DNA from: Myxococcota bacterium
GTDB lineage: Bacteria; Myxococcota_A; SURF-8
Assembly: GCA_965140415.1 (NCBI GenBank)
Contig: OZ223209.1
Coordinates: 2,944,001-3,008,000 of the forward strand
Reading direction: 5' to 3'
DNA length: 64,000 nt
In this document: piece by piece, positions 48,554 to 57,798 of the stretch
How the letters are laid out: the number at the start of each line of letters is the position of its first letter
Position numbering within the stretch: position 1 is the stretch's first letter
Program-made: the position numbers and the translations under genes
Notes under the pieces: model-generated
What the model was told of the DNA's origin: nothing
Database searches by the model: none
What the model saw: only the letters and a program-made list of their open reading frames with translations

Positions 48554-49573
48554 TTACTTCATGGCTCCCGGTCCTTCATCCGGGAATTCCCCCGTTTGGT
48601 TATAGGCTCGTACCGCCGGTTCGAGCAGGTTGGGGAAATCGCTCTGCAATAGGAATACACCCGCCTCGATGAAATTCTTCCATCCGCTGTAATCGCCACC
48701 GATTACCAGAATATCTCCGGCGGCCATGACATCCTGCTGAACCTTCAGACCAGCCTGATTCAACTGCTGCACGAGTTCCGGCACAGGGCCGGGGGCGCTA
48801 ATTTCCACAATGCGAATACCCGGCAAAAGCTGACGGATTCCCTCTAATTCTTCAATTGAGGAAAGTGGGGCCATGACTTCGATCTGCTCGTCGTTGGCCA
48901 GCACCTCTGCCAGGCTGCTGGCACCATCGCGTACGAGAGCTACTTCGTAATACGGTCCAGCCGTAATCGCGGCGGCGACCAGATCCGAGCGGTCGGTCTT
49001 TTGATCGACGTACAACATGATGCCCACTTGTTTTGCAAGTGCAAGCGCATCTGCGAAAGTGGGGATCTTGCAGCTTTCGTCGCTACCCTCTTCGCAGTTT
49101 AGTAATGACAGGTCCTGTAACTGCGCCCAGCTCAGTTCATCCACGTACCCTGTGCCCGTTGTGGTGCGGTCCACGTCTCCATCATGCATCAGCACCAGTA
49201 TGTCGTCCTGCGTATGGCGCACGTCGATTTCGGCGAAATCGACACCGATTTCCGCTGCGGCTCGAATTGCAGCCAGCGAGTTTTCCGGCTGATGCACGTG
49301 ATAGCCTCTATGGGCGGTGACGAGCACCTGGTCGCATTCCGGGTCGATCATGCAGGCGTAAGGGGCCACCTTGTTCCATTCGTTTTCGCTCTCCTGTTCC
49401 AAGACCAGTTCGGAATCGAGATCGCCATCTATATCCGTATCTGAGGCGAGTTCTGTGTCGCCATCGGAAGAATCACTGTTCTCGTCACCGGAATCGCAAC
49501 CCGCGCAAAGCAGGAATGGGGTGATGCAGAAAAGCAAAATTGAGGATATGAAACGCAGGCTACAAAATGTCAT
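48554..49573 (-). CDS. Glycerophosphodiester phosphodiesterase family lipoprotein
   Basis: Lipobox-like CAGC; AHRG, PENSL, EIDVR, MHD, SDFP. Confidence 0.9.
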   Translation of the reverse strand: MTFCSLRFISSILLFCITPFLLCAGCDSGDENSDSSDGDTELASDTDIDGDLDSELVLEQESENEWNKVAPYACMIDPECDQVLVTAHRGYHVHQPENSLAAIRAAAEIGVDFAEIDVRHTQDDILVLMHDGDVDRTTTGTGYVDELSWAQLQDLSLLNCEEGSDESCKIPTFADALALAKQVGIMLYVDQKTDRSDLVAAAITAGPYYEVALVRDGASSLAEVLANDEQIEVMAPLSSIEELEGIRQLLPGIRIVEISAPGPVPELVQQLNQAGLKVQQDVMAAGDILVIGGDYSGWKNFIEAGVFLLQSDFPNLLEPAVRAYNQTGEFPDEGPGAMK

Positions 49574-49999
49574 CTATCCATCTCCTGAAATGAAAGCCCC
49601 GTTCAGCATGGCTGAATGTAGGCGCCCATTATGCGACAGACCCTTTCGATTGACAAGAAAGATGTTGAGATCTTTGGAACAATTCTAAATTTTACAGAGG
49701 TTGTGATGCCAAGATGTTCGGAGGGTAGGTGGGTGAAAATGTTTGGTTTTATAAAGCCGGATATCGAATTGTTATGTCGCGAAGCATGGTCGCTCACTGC
49801 GTGACGGATTTTCCCGTAACATTTCGCCCTTTTCGCTAGAAAGTAGTTGCTTTCTGTTGCTGCTTGAGTACACTCTTCACGTTTCGCGGATTGCAGGTGA
49901 ATTCCTGCCGCGAATACAACGAAACGGCTGAAATGATGGCCATTTTCTCTTTCTTGTCGCGCGGTGTCCGCCGGGCGGCTGTTACCAAAGCGGATTGCG

Positions 50000-51949
50000 A
50001 TGACTGCACCTCTCGACTTCACATTCAAGCCATTCGAAGAAATGACCCCTGCCGATTATGAGGCCGTAGGGTTAATGAGCGGGCTGGAAATTCACCAGCA
50101 ACTCAAAACAAAACGAAAACTCTTCTGCCGTTGCCCTGCCGGGCGCTACTCGGAGCATATTGACGCGGAGATTCTGCGACACATGCGCCCTACGCTTTCC
50201 GAGTTAGGCGAGTACGACGGCACAGCGCTGATGGAATTTAAAACCAAAAAGGAGATTATTTATCTCCTAAACAACGAAACCGTCTGCACCTACGAAATGG
50301 ACGATGCGCCTCCGTTTGAAATCGACCCGGAGGCAGTGGATATTGCCATCGAAGTGGCTCTGCTTTTGAAGCTGAATACGGTCAGTGAATTGCATATCGC
50401 CAGAAAACAATATCTGGACGGTTCCATCCCGACCGGTTTTCAGCGAACGACGATTCTGGGAATCGACGGTGAAATCCCATACAAAGATCGGAAAATCGGC
50501 ATTATCCAACTCGGATTGGAAGAAGATAGCTGCCGAGAGGTTAGCGATCTGGGTCATACAATCACCTTCCGTACGGATCGCTTGGGTATGCCCTTGATCG
50601 AAACGGTCACCTATCCCGATATGAAAACGCCTCAGGAAGTAGCGGAAGTGGGCGAACTGCTGCGCCGATTGGTGCGCGCCACCGGTAAAGTGCGGCAAGG
50701 TGCAGGCGCTGCCAGACAGGATGTCAACGTCTCGATCAAAGGCGGAACCCGAATTGAAATCAAGGGGGTGCCTTCCCTGCGTCGCATTCCGCGACTGATC
50801 TACAACGAGGCCATGCGACAGCATAACCTGCTGAAAATACGAGATGAATTGCTGCGTCGCGGCATTACTGAAGAAAACCTGGATCATCGTTCGGCGGATA
50901 TTTCCGGTATCGTGCGCCGCACCAGCTATCTTCCCATTCAAAATGCGATTGAACGTGGGTTGGCAGTTGTGGCTGTAAAGCTAAAAGGATTTGGCGGAAT
51001 TCTGGCGCATCCCACCCAAGAACATACCTTCTTCGGGCAGGAGTTTTCGGATCGCGTCAAGGTTATTGCCTGTATGATGGAACATCCGAACATGCTGCAT
51101 TCCGACATGATGGACCCCGGCATCTCCCGAGGACAGTGGAATCGGATTCGCAAGAGATTGCAGGCAACTCCTGAAGACGCCATCGTGTGTGTATGGGGGT
51201 CCGAAGAGGATGTTGACACGGCAGTCAAAGAGATTGTCATCCGTGCACAGGATGCCACAAAGGGTGTTCCTTCCGAAACCCGCCAGGCTTTTCGCGATGG
51301 CACCAACGGTTTCGAGAGGATTCTTCCCGGAGCCGACCGTATGTATCCCGACACGGACGAACCTCCAATCGCGATCGACGATCGCAAGATTGCAATGATT
51401 CAAAGCGCGTTGCCGGAGTTGCCCTGGGATCGCGAAGATCGGTATATAAAGCAAGGGGTTGCAGAAAATGCCGCCCGCATGTTGGCTTATGGCGAGCTTT
51501 GTGTGTTGTTCGATGCCGTGCAGGGGCGTACCGGTTGCGACAACAAGCTTTTATCTTACACGATCCTTCATGTTGTGCGTCACTTCCTGAAAAAAGGAGC
51601 CTATCAGGGAAGACGACTGGAAGATGCTCTTTCCGAGTTGTTCCTGGCGATAAAGGAAAATCGCGTTCGAAGCGAAGCAATTCGCAGAATACTGACCGAC
51701 TATGCGACAAACGAAACGGAAAGTATGCAGGAATTGCTGGAACGCTACAGCATTACAGGATCGGAAGAAGAAGAGTTGACGCAATGGCTGCAAACCGCCA
51801 AGGAAGTTCAGGAGCAACTTTGGTCTGATGACAAGCAAGCCAGGCAGCGATATTCGATGGGACTGATCATGCATCGCATGCGAGGAAGAATCGATCCGAA
51901 TGTGGTTCAACAACGTCTGGAAACTGTGGTAGGTGCCGATCATGATTAG
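50000..51949 (+). CDS. gatE: Glu-tRNA(Gln) amidotransferase subunit E (archaeal type)
   Basis: GLEIHQQL..KLFCRCP, RPTLSELGE, GFQRT, LEED, DRLGMPLIE, QDVNVSI..RIEIKGV, insertion domain, VPSETR, LPGADRMYPDTD, C-terminal MG.IM..MRGRID; ATG 50000 preferred over GTG 49964. Confidence 0.93.
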   Translation: MTAPLDFTFKPFEEMTPADYEAVGLMSGLEIHQQLKTKRKLFCRCPAGRYSEHIDAEILRHMRPTLSELGEYDGTALMEFKTKKEIIYLLNNETVCTYEMDDAPPFEIDPEAVDIAIEVALLLKLNTVSELHIARKQYLDGSIPTGFQRTTILGIDGEIPYKDRKIGIIQLGLEEDSCREVSDLGHTITFRTDRLGMPLIETVTYPDMKTPQEVAEVGELLRRLVRATGKVRQGAGAARQDVNVSIKGGTRIEIKGVPSLRRIPRLIYNEAMRQHNLLKIRDELLRRGITEENLDHRSADISGIVRRTSYLPIQNAIERGLAVVAVKLKGFGGILAHPTQEHTFFGQEFSDRVKVIACMMEHPNMLHSDMMDPGISRGQWNRIRKRLQATPEDAIVCVWGSEEDVDTAVKEIVIRAQDATKGVPSETRQAFRDGTNGFERILPGADRMYPDTDEPPIAIDDRKIAMIQSALPELPWDREDRYIKQGVAENAARMLAYGELCVLFDAVQGRTGCDNKLLSYTILHVVRHFLKKGAYQGRRLEDALSELFLAIKENRVRSEAIRRILTDYATNETESMQELLERYSITGSEEEELTQWLQTAKEVQEQLWSDDKQARQRYSMGLIMHRMRGRIDPNVVQQRLETVVGADHD

Positions 51950-53330
51950 TGAAGATGCATATAAAGGCTACCGTAACGCCGGAAAAGACAAACTGGTCGA
52001 GCAGGGCGTGGAAGTTTGGAGCGATGTGGAAGCCCAGACCGAACGCGGAATGTTCCGAGGAATCATTCTGCCGCGCTCGGAAACGGCGGACGATAAGCAC
52101 ATCGTGTTGAAATTGCAGACCGGCTACAACGTTGGGCTTCGTGCGGATAAAATTCTGTCAATGAAGCAGGTCGGTTATCGCGCTGCGAACTACAAAATCC
52201 CGGAAAAAGCGTTCCCGTTCGATCCCAAAAAACCGAAGGTCAAGCTTTTCGGTACTGGCGGCACCATCGCATCACGCTTGGATTATCGCACCGGTGCCGT
52301 GATTCCTGCTTTTTCTCCTGGCGAATTATACGGTTCCGTTCCGGAACTGGCCGATATCTGCAATCTGGAAACGGAAAAGCTGTTCGGTGTGTTCAGCGAA
52401 AACATGGGACCGGAGCAGTATATCGAAACCGCAAAAAACTGTGGCAAGGCAATCGAAGACGGCTACAGCGGCATCGTGATCGGTCATGGTACGGATACCA
52501 TGCATCACACCGCCGCCGTGTTAAGCTTCATGATTCAGGATTCACCGATTCCAATCGTGATGGTCGGCAGTCAGCGCAGTTCGGATCGTCCCAGTTCCGA
52601 TGCCGCCCGCAACCTGATTCACTCTGTTTATACTGCGGCACATTCGGACATCGCGGAAGTGATGGTCTGCATGTTCGGTCCCACGTCCGATCGCTACAAC
52701 CTGTTGCATCGCGGAACACGCGTTCGCAAGATGCACAGCAGTTACCGTTCGACTTTCCGCACGCTTTCCGATATTCCGTTGGCTCGCATTCAGGATCGCA
52801 AGATCGAGCACTTTACGGAAGATTATCGCAGGCGGCGCGATGACCGCACGGCAAAAATCACGCCGGTGTTCGATGACCGGGTGGCGATTGTCTACTACTA
52901 TCCGAACATGAAGCCGGATATCATCGAATCGCTAATCGATAACGGCTACAAGGGCATCGTAATTGCGGGAACGGGCTTGGGGCATGTCAACAAACCCTTG
53001 TACAGCGTACTTGAGAAAGCCTGCAAGAAAGACATCCACGTTTACATGACGGTGCAGACTCTCTATGGTTTCGTTCAAATGTACGTGTACGAGACCGGAC
53101 GTGAATTGATGCAGCTTGGAGTGGTTCCGGCTTCGAACATGCTGCCGGAAGTCGCTTATGTAAAACTGGGATGGGTGCTGGGGCAGACTCACGACCGCGC
53201 CGAGGTTCAGGAGATGATGCTGACTCCGATTTCGCGAGACATTACGGAACGTGAGCCGTACAACGGGTACACGATTTTACAGGGTGGCATTCCCGAAGTT
53301 GAAGCCGCTCTGCAAAAACTGTGGAAATAG
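51942..53330 (+). CDS. gatD: Glu-tRNA(Gln) amidotransferase subunit D (glutaminase)
   Basis: GatD-specific N-domain (GIILPR, HIVLKLQTGYNVG) plus asparaginase fold TGGTIASRLDYRTG, HGTDT, GSQRSSDRPSSD, RKMHSS; 8-nt overlap with gatE. Confidence 0.93.
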   Translation: MISEDAYKGYRNAGKDKLVEQGVEVWSDVEAQTERGMFRGIILPRSETADDKHIVLKLQTGYNVGLRADKILSMKQVGYRAANYKIPEKAFPFDPKKPKVKLFGTGGTIASRLDYRTGAVIPAFSPGELYGSVPELADICNLETEKLFGVFSENMGPEQYIETAKNCGKAIEDGYSGIVIGHGTDTMHHTAAVLSFMIQDSPIPIVMVGSQRSSDRPSSDAARNLIHSVYTAAHSDIAEVMVCMFGPTSDRYNLLHRGTRVRKMHSSYRSTFRTLSDIPLARIQDRKIEHFTEDYRRRRDDRTAKITPVFDDRVAIVYYYPNMKPDIIESLIDNGYKGIVIAGTGLGHVNKPLYSVLEKACKKDIHVYMTVQTLYGFVQMYVYETGRELMQLGVVPASNMLPEVAYVKLGWVLGQTHDRAEVQEMMLTPISRDITEREPYNGYTILQGGIPEVEAALQKLWK

Positions 53331-53359
53331 GCTCTTGCCTCTCGCAATGCTATATACAT

Positions 53360-53395
53360 AAAAAACGCTGACAGGAAATGAACTGTCGGCGTTTT
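53360..53395. terminator. Bidirectional terminator between gatD and the convergent HAD gene
   Basis: aaaacgctgacag-gaaatgaa-ctgtcggcgtttt. Confidence 0.75.
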
Positions 53396-53468
53396 GCGTT
53401 CTTTGGGGGCATGAAATATCTTGAGGCATCCTGGTGCTTCAGAAAACAGCAGTTGCACTCTGCAATTC

Positions 53469-53942
53469 CTATCGTCGTAGCGTGGCGATCAAACGCAATG
53501 GGTCCAGTAAACAATCCAAAGCGCATTCGATGGATTGAACCACCATGTCTCCTGCTATCAGAGCGCTTGTCGCGGCTCCTTCTTTTGCTCCAAGTACAAC
53601 GATACCCAATGAGGCTTCACGAAGCACCAACTCGTCATTCGCACCGTTGCCGAAGACGACGGTCCGCTCCGGCCCCAGTTTTCTTAAAATTTCGAGCTTG
53701 GCTTCTCGGGCAGGTCGATCAGCCGGGATGATGGTCAACGGCAGTCCTAGCTCTTCAGAAATCCGCTTTCCAGCACCGCGTGTGTCGCTTGTAACCAAGT
53801 GAAGCGATAATTTCTCGGAGAGCTGACGTACCTTGTCTTTTGTCACCTCGGTCAATTGGCCAAGATCGGCCAGCGTGCCGTTTAAATCGAAAAAGGCATG
53901 TGTTAGTTCAAGGGTTTTAAAGCCGGGGATGTCGATTTTCAT
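53469..53942 (-). CDS. HAD-superfamily hydrolase (soluble P-type-ATPase-like, COG4087 type)
   Basis: MKIDIPG start with GAGGT RBS; DLNGTL, TSDTRG, K, GNGAND, RLIATLR. Confidence 0.85.
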   Translation of the reverse strand: MKIDIPGFKTLELTHAFFDLNGTLADLGQLTEVTKDKVRQLSEKLSLHLVTSDTRGAGKRISEELGLPLTIIPADRPAREAKLEILRKLGPERTVVFGNGANDELVLREASLGIVVLGAKEGAATSALIAGDMVVQSIECALDCLLDPLRLIATLRR

Positions 53943-54152
53943 ATACGACCTCGCTTTATCATGCTTTACACTCGTACTGATCGTTTCAGCAGCGAATGAA
54001 TGATTGAGGAAGAGTTCACTATGAATGTACAAGGAATCGATAAAAGAATCAATTGGAATAGGAAACACATCTGTCTGTATCCAAATCTGGGTTGCTAGCA
54101 ATATGTAGTATTGATGGACAAAGAGCAGACGAAAAAAGCTTTCCGACAACCT

Positions 54153-54216
54153 TTATCCACAGTACAATTAAACCGAATTTAAAGTGCATCTGGGGGATAA
54201 GCGGTTGTTTTCCACT
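54153..54216. promoter_or_regulatory. DnaA-box cluster
   Basis: Perfect TTATCCACA at 54153-54161; two-mismatch boxes at 54192-54200 (inverted) and 54208-54216. Confidence 0.45.
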
Positions 54217-54234
54217 ACTGATTAAGGACTTTTC

Positions 54235-56241
54235 ATGGATATCGAACTGTCAACATCGTTCTGTCATGTAAAGGAATTTCGAATCCTCATCAATGAAAAC
54301 AGGAAACAACTTCTGTCAGAAGATAGCCGTAGTTGGCTGAAAAGCCGGTATACGTCGTTGCAATCTATTTTGAAGGTGGAAAAAGAAGTATTGCTGACGT
54401 GGAAAGCCGTTCCGTTCTCTACGCCTCTTTCGTTTCCTGAATCACATAAGGAGCAATCTTTTTTCGGGACGTTATATTCGCGGATTCTGCTTTTGTGGAT
54501 TTCGTTGCAGTTGCTGTTTCTAACCAAAAGAGAAAAACAATATGAGGAAATCCGGTCGTTTTATTACTTTCTATTTACAATTCAACGATCGAAGAGTCTG
54601 TATCTGAAGGTCGTAGAGGAAGACCTGGCTGAATTGGCAGCAAAAGCGAAATCGTCAAAAGCAGATTTGCAACTGTTGAGTTTTCAGAAAACGAGCGTTT
54701 CTCCAGCAAAGCTCTCGGTAATCGTGGACTGGCTCGAACCACGTGCCTATAGCATACCGCTCTTTCGAGGACTATTTTTCCTGCAACCACGGGAAAAGAT
54801 CCGAGCAAAGAAGATTATCACTACGATCCAGGAAAAAATTGGGAACTTTTATAACGAACAGCATAAGGGGTTGCAGAATTTCCTGCAAACCAGTGCAGCT
54901 AATACGCAAAACTACCTTGGCACATTGCAAGCCTATGACTCGGAAGAAGATAAGCAGGATGAAAGCACTACGGCTGCCGCCAAAGCTCGTTCGGAAAGGC
55001 TGGTAGACTCTTTTGAACGCAATTTTTTGGTGAAATTGCAAGAAGTCCAGAAGGTTGTGGAATTTCGAATTGTTGAAACAATCGACACTGTCGTGTCGTT
55101 GCGTAACCGAACATGGATTAACGTTAAGCGCAAATTGTTGATTTCTGAAATGGATCGCGCCAGAAACTGGCGCAAGCAAATGAATGAGCGTGCTGACCGG
55201 TATTTTCAGGAAAAAGAAGAAAAGATCGGACTTTGGGTGAACGAGACTTTGAAGCCTGCAATGGGACTCACCCAGCGGGTGAGAATTCAATCGTCCGCTT
55301 CCAAATTGGATGAGCGCTGGCTTTCTCCACCGGATGCGCCTTCCGATTTAATCGATGTCATGCTGGACAGTCAAAATCCTTCTCTGATGATCGTACCTGA
55401 ACCGGTCGTTAGAATCCTTTCCGATCTGAGAGCGTATTACAAATCCAACCACTGCGGCAATCTGCTATATGTGACCGATCATCAGACCGGCTCGTTCGGA
55501 GTGCTCGGTTATCTGGTTCGTAAGGAATTCAAAGACGCCACATTCCGGGTTTATCGCCATCGAAAAACGATGCCCATTGCCCGTGTGGCGGATTTTTCGG
55601 AAGATGTCCTGTTGTTCGATGATTTCGAACGGTTGGTATACTTGAATGAGCGCCACATTCACCAGGCTCAAGCGCTGGTGCAACAGCTACTCAATTCAAA
55701 CAAATTAACGATCATTTCGGTACACCATGCCGTGGCGAAGCAGCTTCGTCTTGCCGTTCCCGGGTTCAATCGCTTCCTTTTCCAGATCGATTTCAGCAAG
55801 TATGAATTTGAAGCGTTCAAAAATATCATTTCAAGGCGTATGCTGGTAACTGGCTACCAATTTGAATACGATGATGAGAATGAGTTCTGGTCCAGACTGT
55901 ATCAAGCGAGTTCCGGCTTGCCTGGCGTAGGACTGCGTCTCTTTTTAAAATGCGTCAAGCAAGTGAACCGACAGACGATCACACTGCACTACGATCTGCC
56001 TGGAATGAAGGATTTGCTTTCCAGACTTTCGCTGGACGAGAAACTTCTACTGCGACGCATCTACATGCATCCTCAAGTTTCGGAAACCTTACTAGAGGAA
56101 GATGATTTTCCGAACTTCCGAACCTTGCTGGCTTCCATGAAGAACATGGGTATTCTTTTGGAAAATCAGAAACTCTATGAGATCAGGCCGGAAATTTTGG
56201 GGCAACTTCGGGATCACTTGGTCCAGTCGAATCTGCTATAA
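54235..56241 (+). CDS. Hypothetical protein; C-terminal half resembles a degenerate AAA+/winged-helix module
   Basis: 668-aa ORF; LLFDDFE Walker-B-like, SSGLPGVGL lid-like GxP, no intact Walker A; 9 nt before mscS. Confidence 0.6.
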   Translation: MDIELSTSFCHVKEFRILINENRKQLLSEDSRSWLKSRYTSLQSILKVEKEVLLTWKAVPFSTPLSFPESHKEQSFFGTLYSRILLLWISLQLLFLTKREKQYEEIRSFYYFLFTIQRSKSLYLKVVEEDLAELAAKAKSSKADLQLLSFQKTSVSPAKLSVIVDWLEPRAYSIPLFRGLFFLQPREKIRAKKIITTIQEKIGNFYNEQHKGLQNFLQTSAANTQNYLGTLQAYDSEEDKQDESTTAAAKARSERLVDSFERNFLVKLQEVQKVVEFRIVETIDTVVSLRNRTWINVKRKLLISEMDRARNWRKQMNERADRYFQEKEEKIGLWVNETLKPAMGLTQRVRIQSSASKLDERWLSPPDAPSDLIDVMLDSQNPSLMIVPEPVVRILSDLRAYYKSNHCGNLLYVTDHQTGSFGVLGYLVRKEFKDATFRVYRHRKTMPIARVADFSEDVLLFDDFERLVYLNERHIHQAQALVQQLLNSNKLTIISVHHAVAKQLRLAVPGFNRFLFQIDFSKYEFEAFKNIISRRMLVTGYQFEYDDENEFWSRLYQASSGLPGVGLRLFLKCVKQVNRQTITLHYDLPGMKDLLSRLSLDEKLLLRRIYMHPQVSETLLEEDDFPNFRTLLASMKNMGILLENQKLYEIRPEILGQLRDHLVQSNLL

Positions 56242-56250
56242 AGGGCAACG

Positions 56251-57081
56251 ATGGAACACGTTCAAAATCTGATGTCGCGTTTTGAATTGACCTGGCTGCA
56301 AGTCGGATTCTCTTTAGTTATTTTGTTTGCGGCCTATTTCCTGAATCAAATATTACTGAAGTTCAGCCTGTACCTGTACCAACAGCAGGTATTGTGGCTG
56401 CGAAAACTTCGGTTCTGGGTGCCGCTTGTTCGCATCATCATCTGGTTTTCGAGTATCTTTTTCGCAATCAGAGTGCTTCATCCACCAACCGAATTGCTCT
56501 TTGCACTGGCGACTTCTGCCGGTGTTGCTGTCGGTTTGGCTGCCCAGGAACTTGTAAAATATATATTTGGAACGGTCATTATCTGGGCCGATCGGGTCTA
56601 TCAAGAAGGTGATCGCGTTACAATAGGAGATGTGGAGGGAATCGTTCAGACTATCGGGTTACGGTCAACAAAAGTCTGGGCTTTCGATGACACCATCATC
56701 GTCATTCCAAACTCCAAGTTGCTTGATGTCGTCGTCTATAACGCCAACTCCGGTGCGCCCTCCGAACAGATCCTGATAGATTTGTATGTTCCTTTGGATG
56801 CCGATACGGACAAGGCTGCTAAGCTTGCACGTTTGGCCGCCATCAGTTGCGATCTTGTGGAGCCGCTTAAACCTGTTGGTGTGTTGGTGAATGACTATTT
56901 TGAAAAGGACACTCCGTTTTCTCGAATTCGGTTAAAGGTATACGTCCGAAATATCATCAACGAGAAACGGCTTGTCAGTGATGTTACCACGAAGGCCAAG
57001 CGTTTGTTCCGTGAAAACGGCATTTACAGCAACACCTCAGAACCGCAACAGAATCAAGAACATACTGCCACTGCTCAATAG
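56251..57081 (+). CDS. MscS family mechanosensitive channel
   Basis: GVAVGLAAQE, YQEGDRV, IGLRST, IPNS. Confidence 0.9.
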   Translation: MEHVQNLMSRFELTWLQVGFSLVILFAAYFLNQILLKFSLYLYQQQVLWLRKLRFWVPLVRIIIWFSSIFFAIRVLHPPTELLFALATSAGVAVGLAAQELVKYIFGTVIIWADRVYQEGDRVTIGDVEGIVQTIGLRSTKVWAFDDTIIVIPNSKLLDVVVYNANSGAPSEQILIDLYVPLDADTDKAAKLARLAAISCDLVEPLKPVGVLVNDYFEKDTPFSRIRLKVYVRNIINEKRLVSDVTTKAKRLFRENGIYSNTSEPQQNQEHTATAQ

Positions 57082-57101
57082 ATCTACCAGTTGAATTGAA
57101 C

Positions 57102-57130
57102 AAAAAATGCCTTCGAATTGCGAAGGCATT
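57102..57130. terminator. Terminator hairpin between convergent genes
   Basis: aatgccttcg-aattg-cgaaggcatt with U-tract on the minus strand. Confidence 0.75.
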
Positions 57131-57188
57131 AACAATTAAGTAGGAATTTCGTACTTTTACAAATTCAAGCAAGGCTCTTGAATCGGCA

Positions 57189-57656
57189 TTACCCTAGCTT
57201 GCGGCGCAGCCAGTCCATTTTTTCTTGTCGACCGTCTTTCATGTAACCCAACACCATTTTCTCCAGTTTCTTCCCCATCAAAGGGATCGAAATGTCGATG
57301 TTGATTTTATCGATAAAGGTGCAGGTGGCATCTCCCGTCGACACGATTTCCGTCGTTCCACTGACTTTGGATTTCGCGGCCATGCCATCCGCATCACGAG
57401 TCCATGTACATAAGCGGCGATCTAGATCCCAGTTGAAAGTCATATGAGCTTTGATGGTTCCGATGCCGGGGATCGGCTCGTCCAGATCGACTTTCATGAC
57501 GGCTTTGCTGTCGGATTTCTCGGCCAATGTGGCTTTCGGGGAAATTCCTTTCTGAACGACGGTCCATTCTTCGACCAGCTTTTCGTTTAGCATGCCCTCC
57601 ATAACGGTGCTTGCAGGAATGTTTAATTCATCTTTGAATTCAATAGTTTGTGCCAT
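57189..57656 (-). CDS. DUF2505-like (START/SRPBCC fold) protein
   Basis: GGAGGA RBS before ATG 57656; C-terminal ISIPLMGKKLEK motif. Confidence 0.7.
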   Translation of the reverse strand: MAQTIEFKDELNIPASTVMEGMLNEKLVEEWTVVQKGISPKATLAEKSDSKAVMKVDLDEPIPGIGTIKAHMTFNWDLDRRLCTWTRDADGMAAKSKVSGTTEIVSTGDATCTFIDKINIDISIPLMGKKLEKMVLGYMKDGRQEKMDWLRRKLG

Positions 57657-57798
57657 ACTGTCCTCCAAGTGGGTGCAAAAAATCGAAAACGATTAACGCA
57701 TTATATGAAGCCTCGCTTGACTCGGCAAATAATTTCTTGAATTAAGGCTACCTCTAAACAAACGGTTGTAGGTGCTTCGAATTCAATCCGGATTAATT

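Noticed and set aside
50000-53330. Reading the pair as gatB plus ordinary L-asparaginase
   Set aside because: GatE-type motifs and insertion and the GatD N-terminal domain are present; no gatA or gatC adjacent.
53943-54149. N-terminal extension of the HAD ORF
   Set aside because: Family-like sequence and the RBS begin at ATG 53942.
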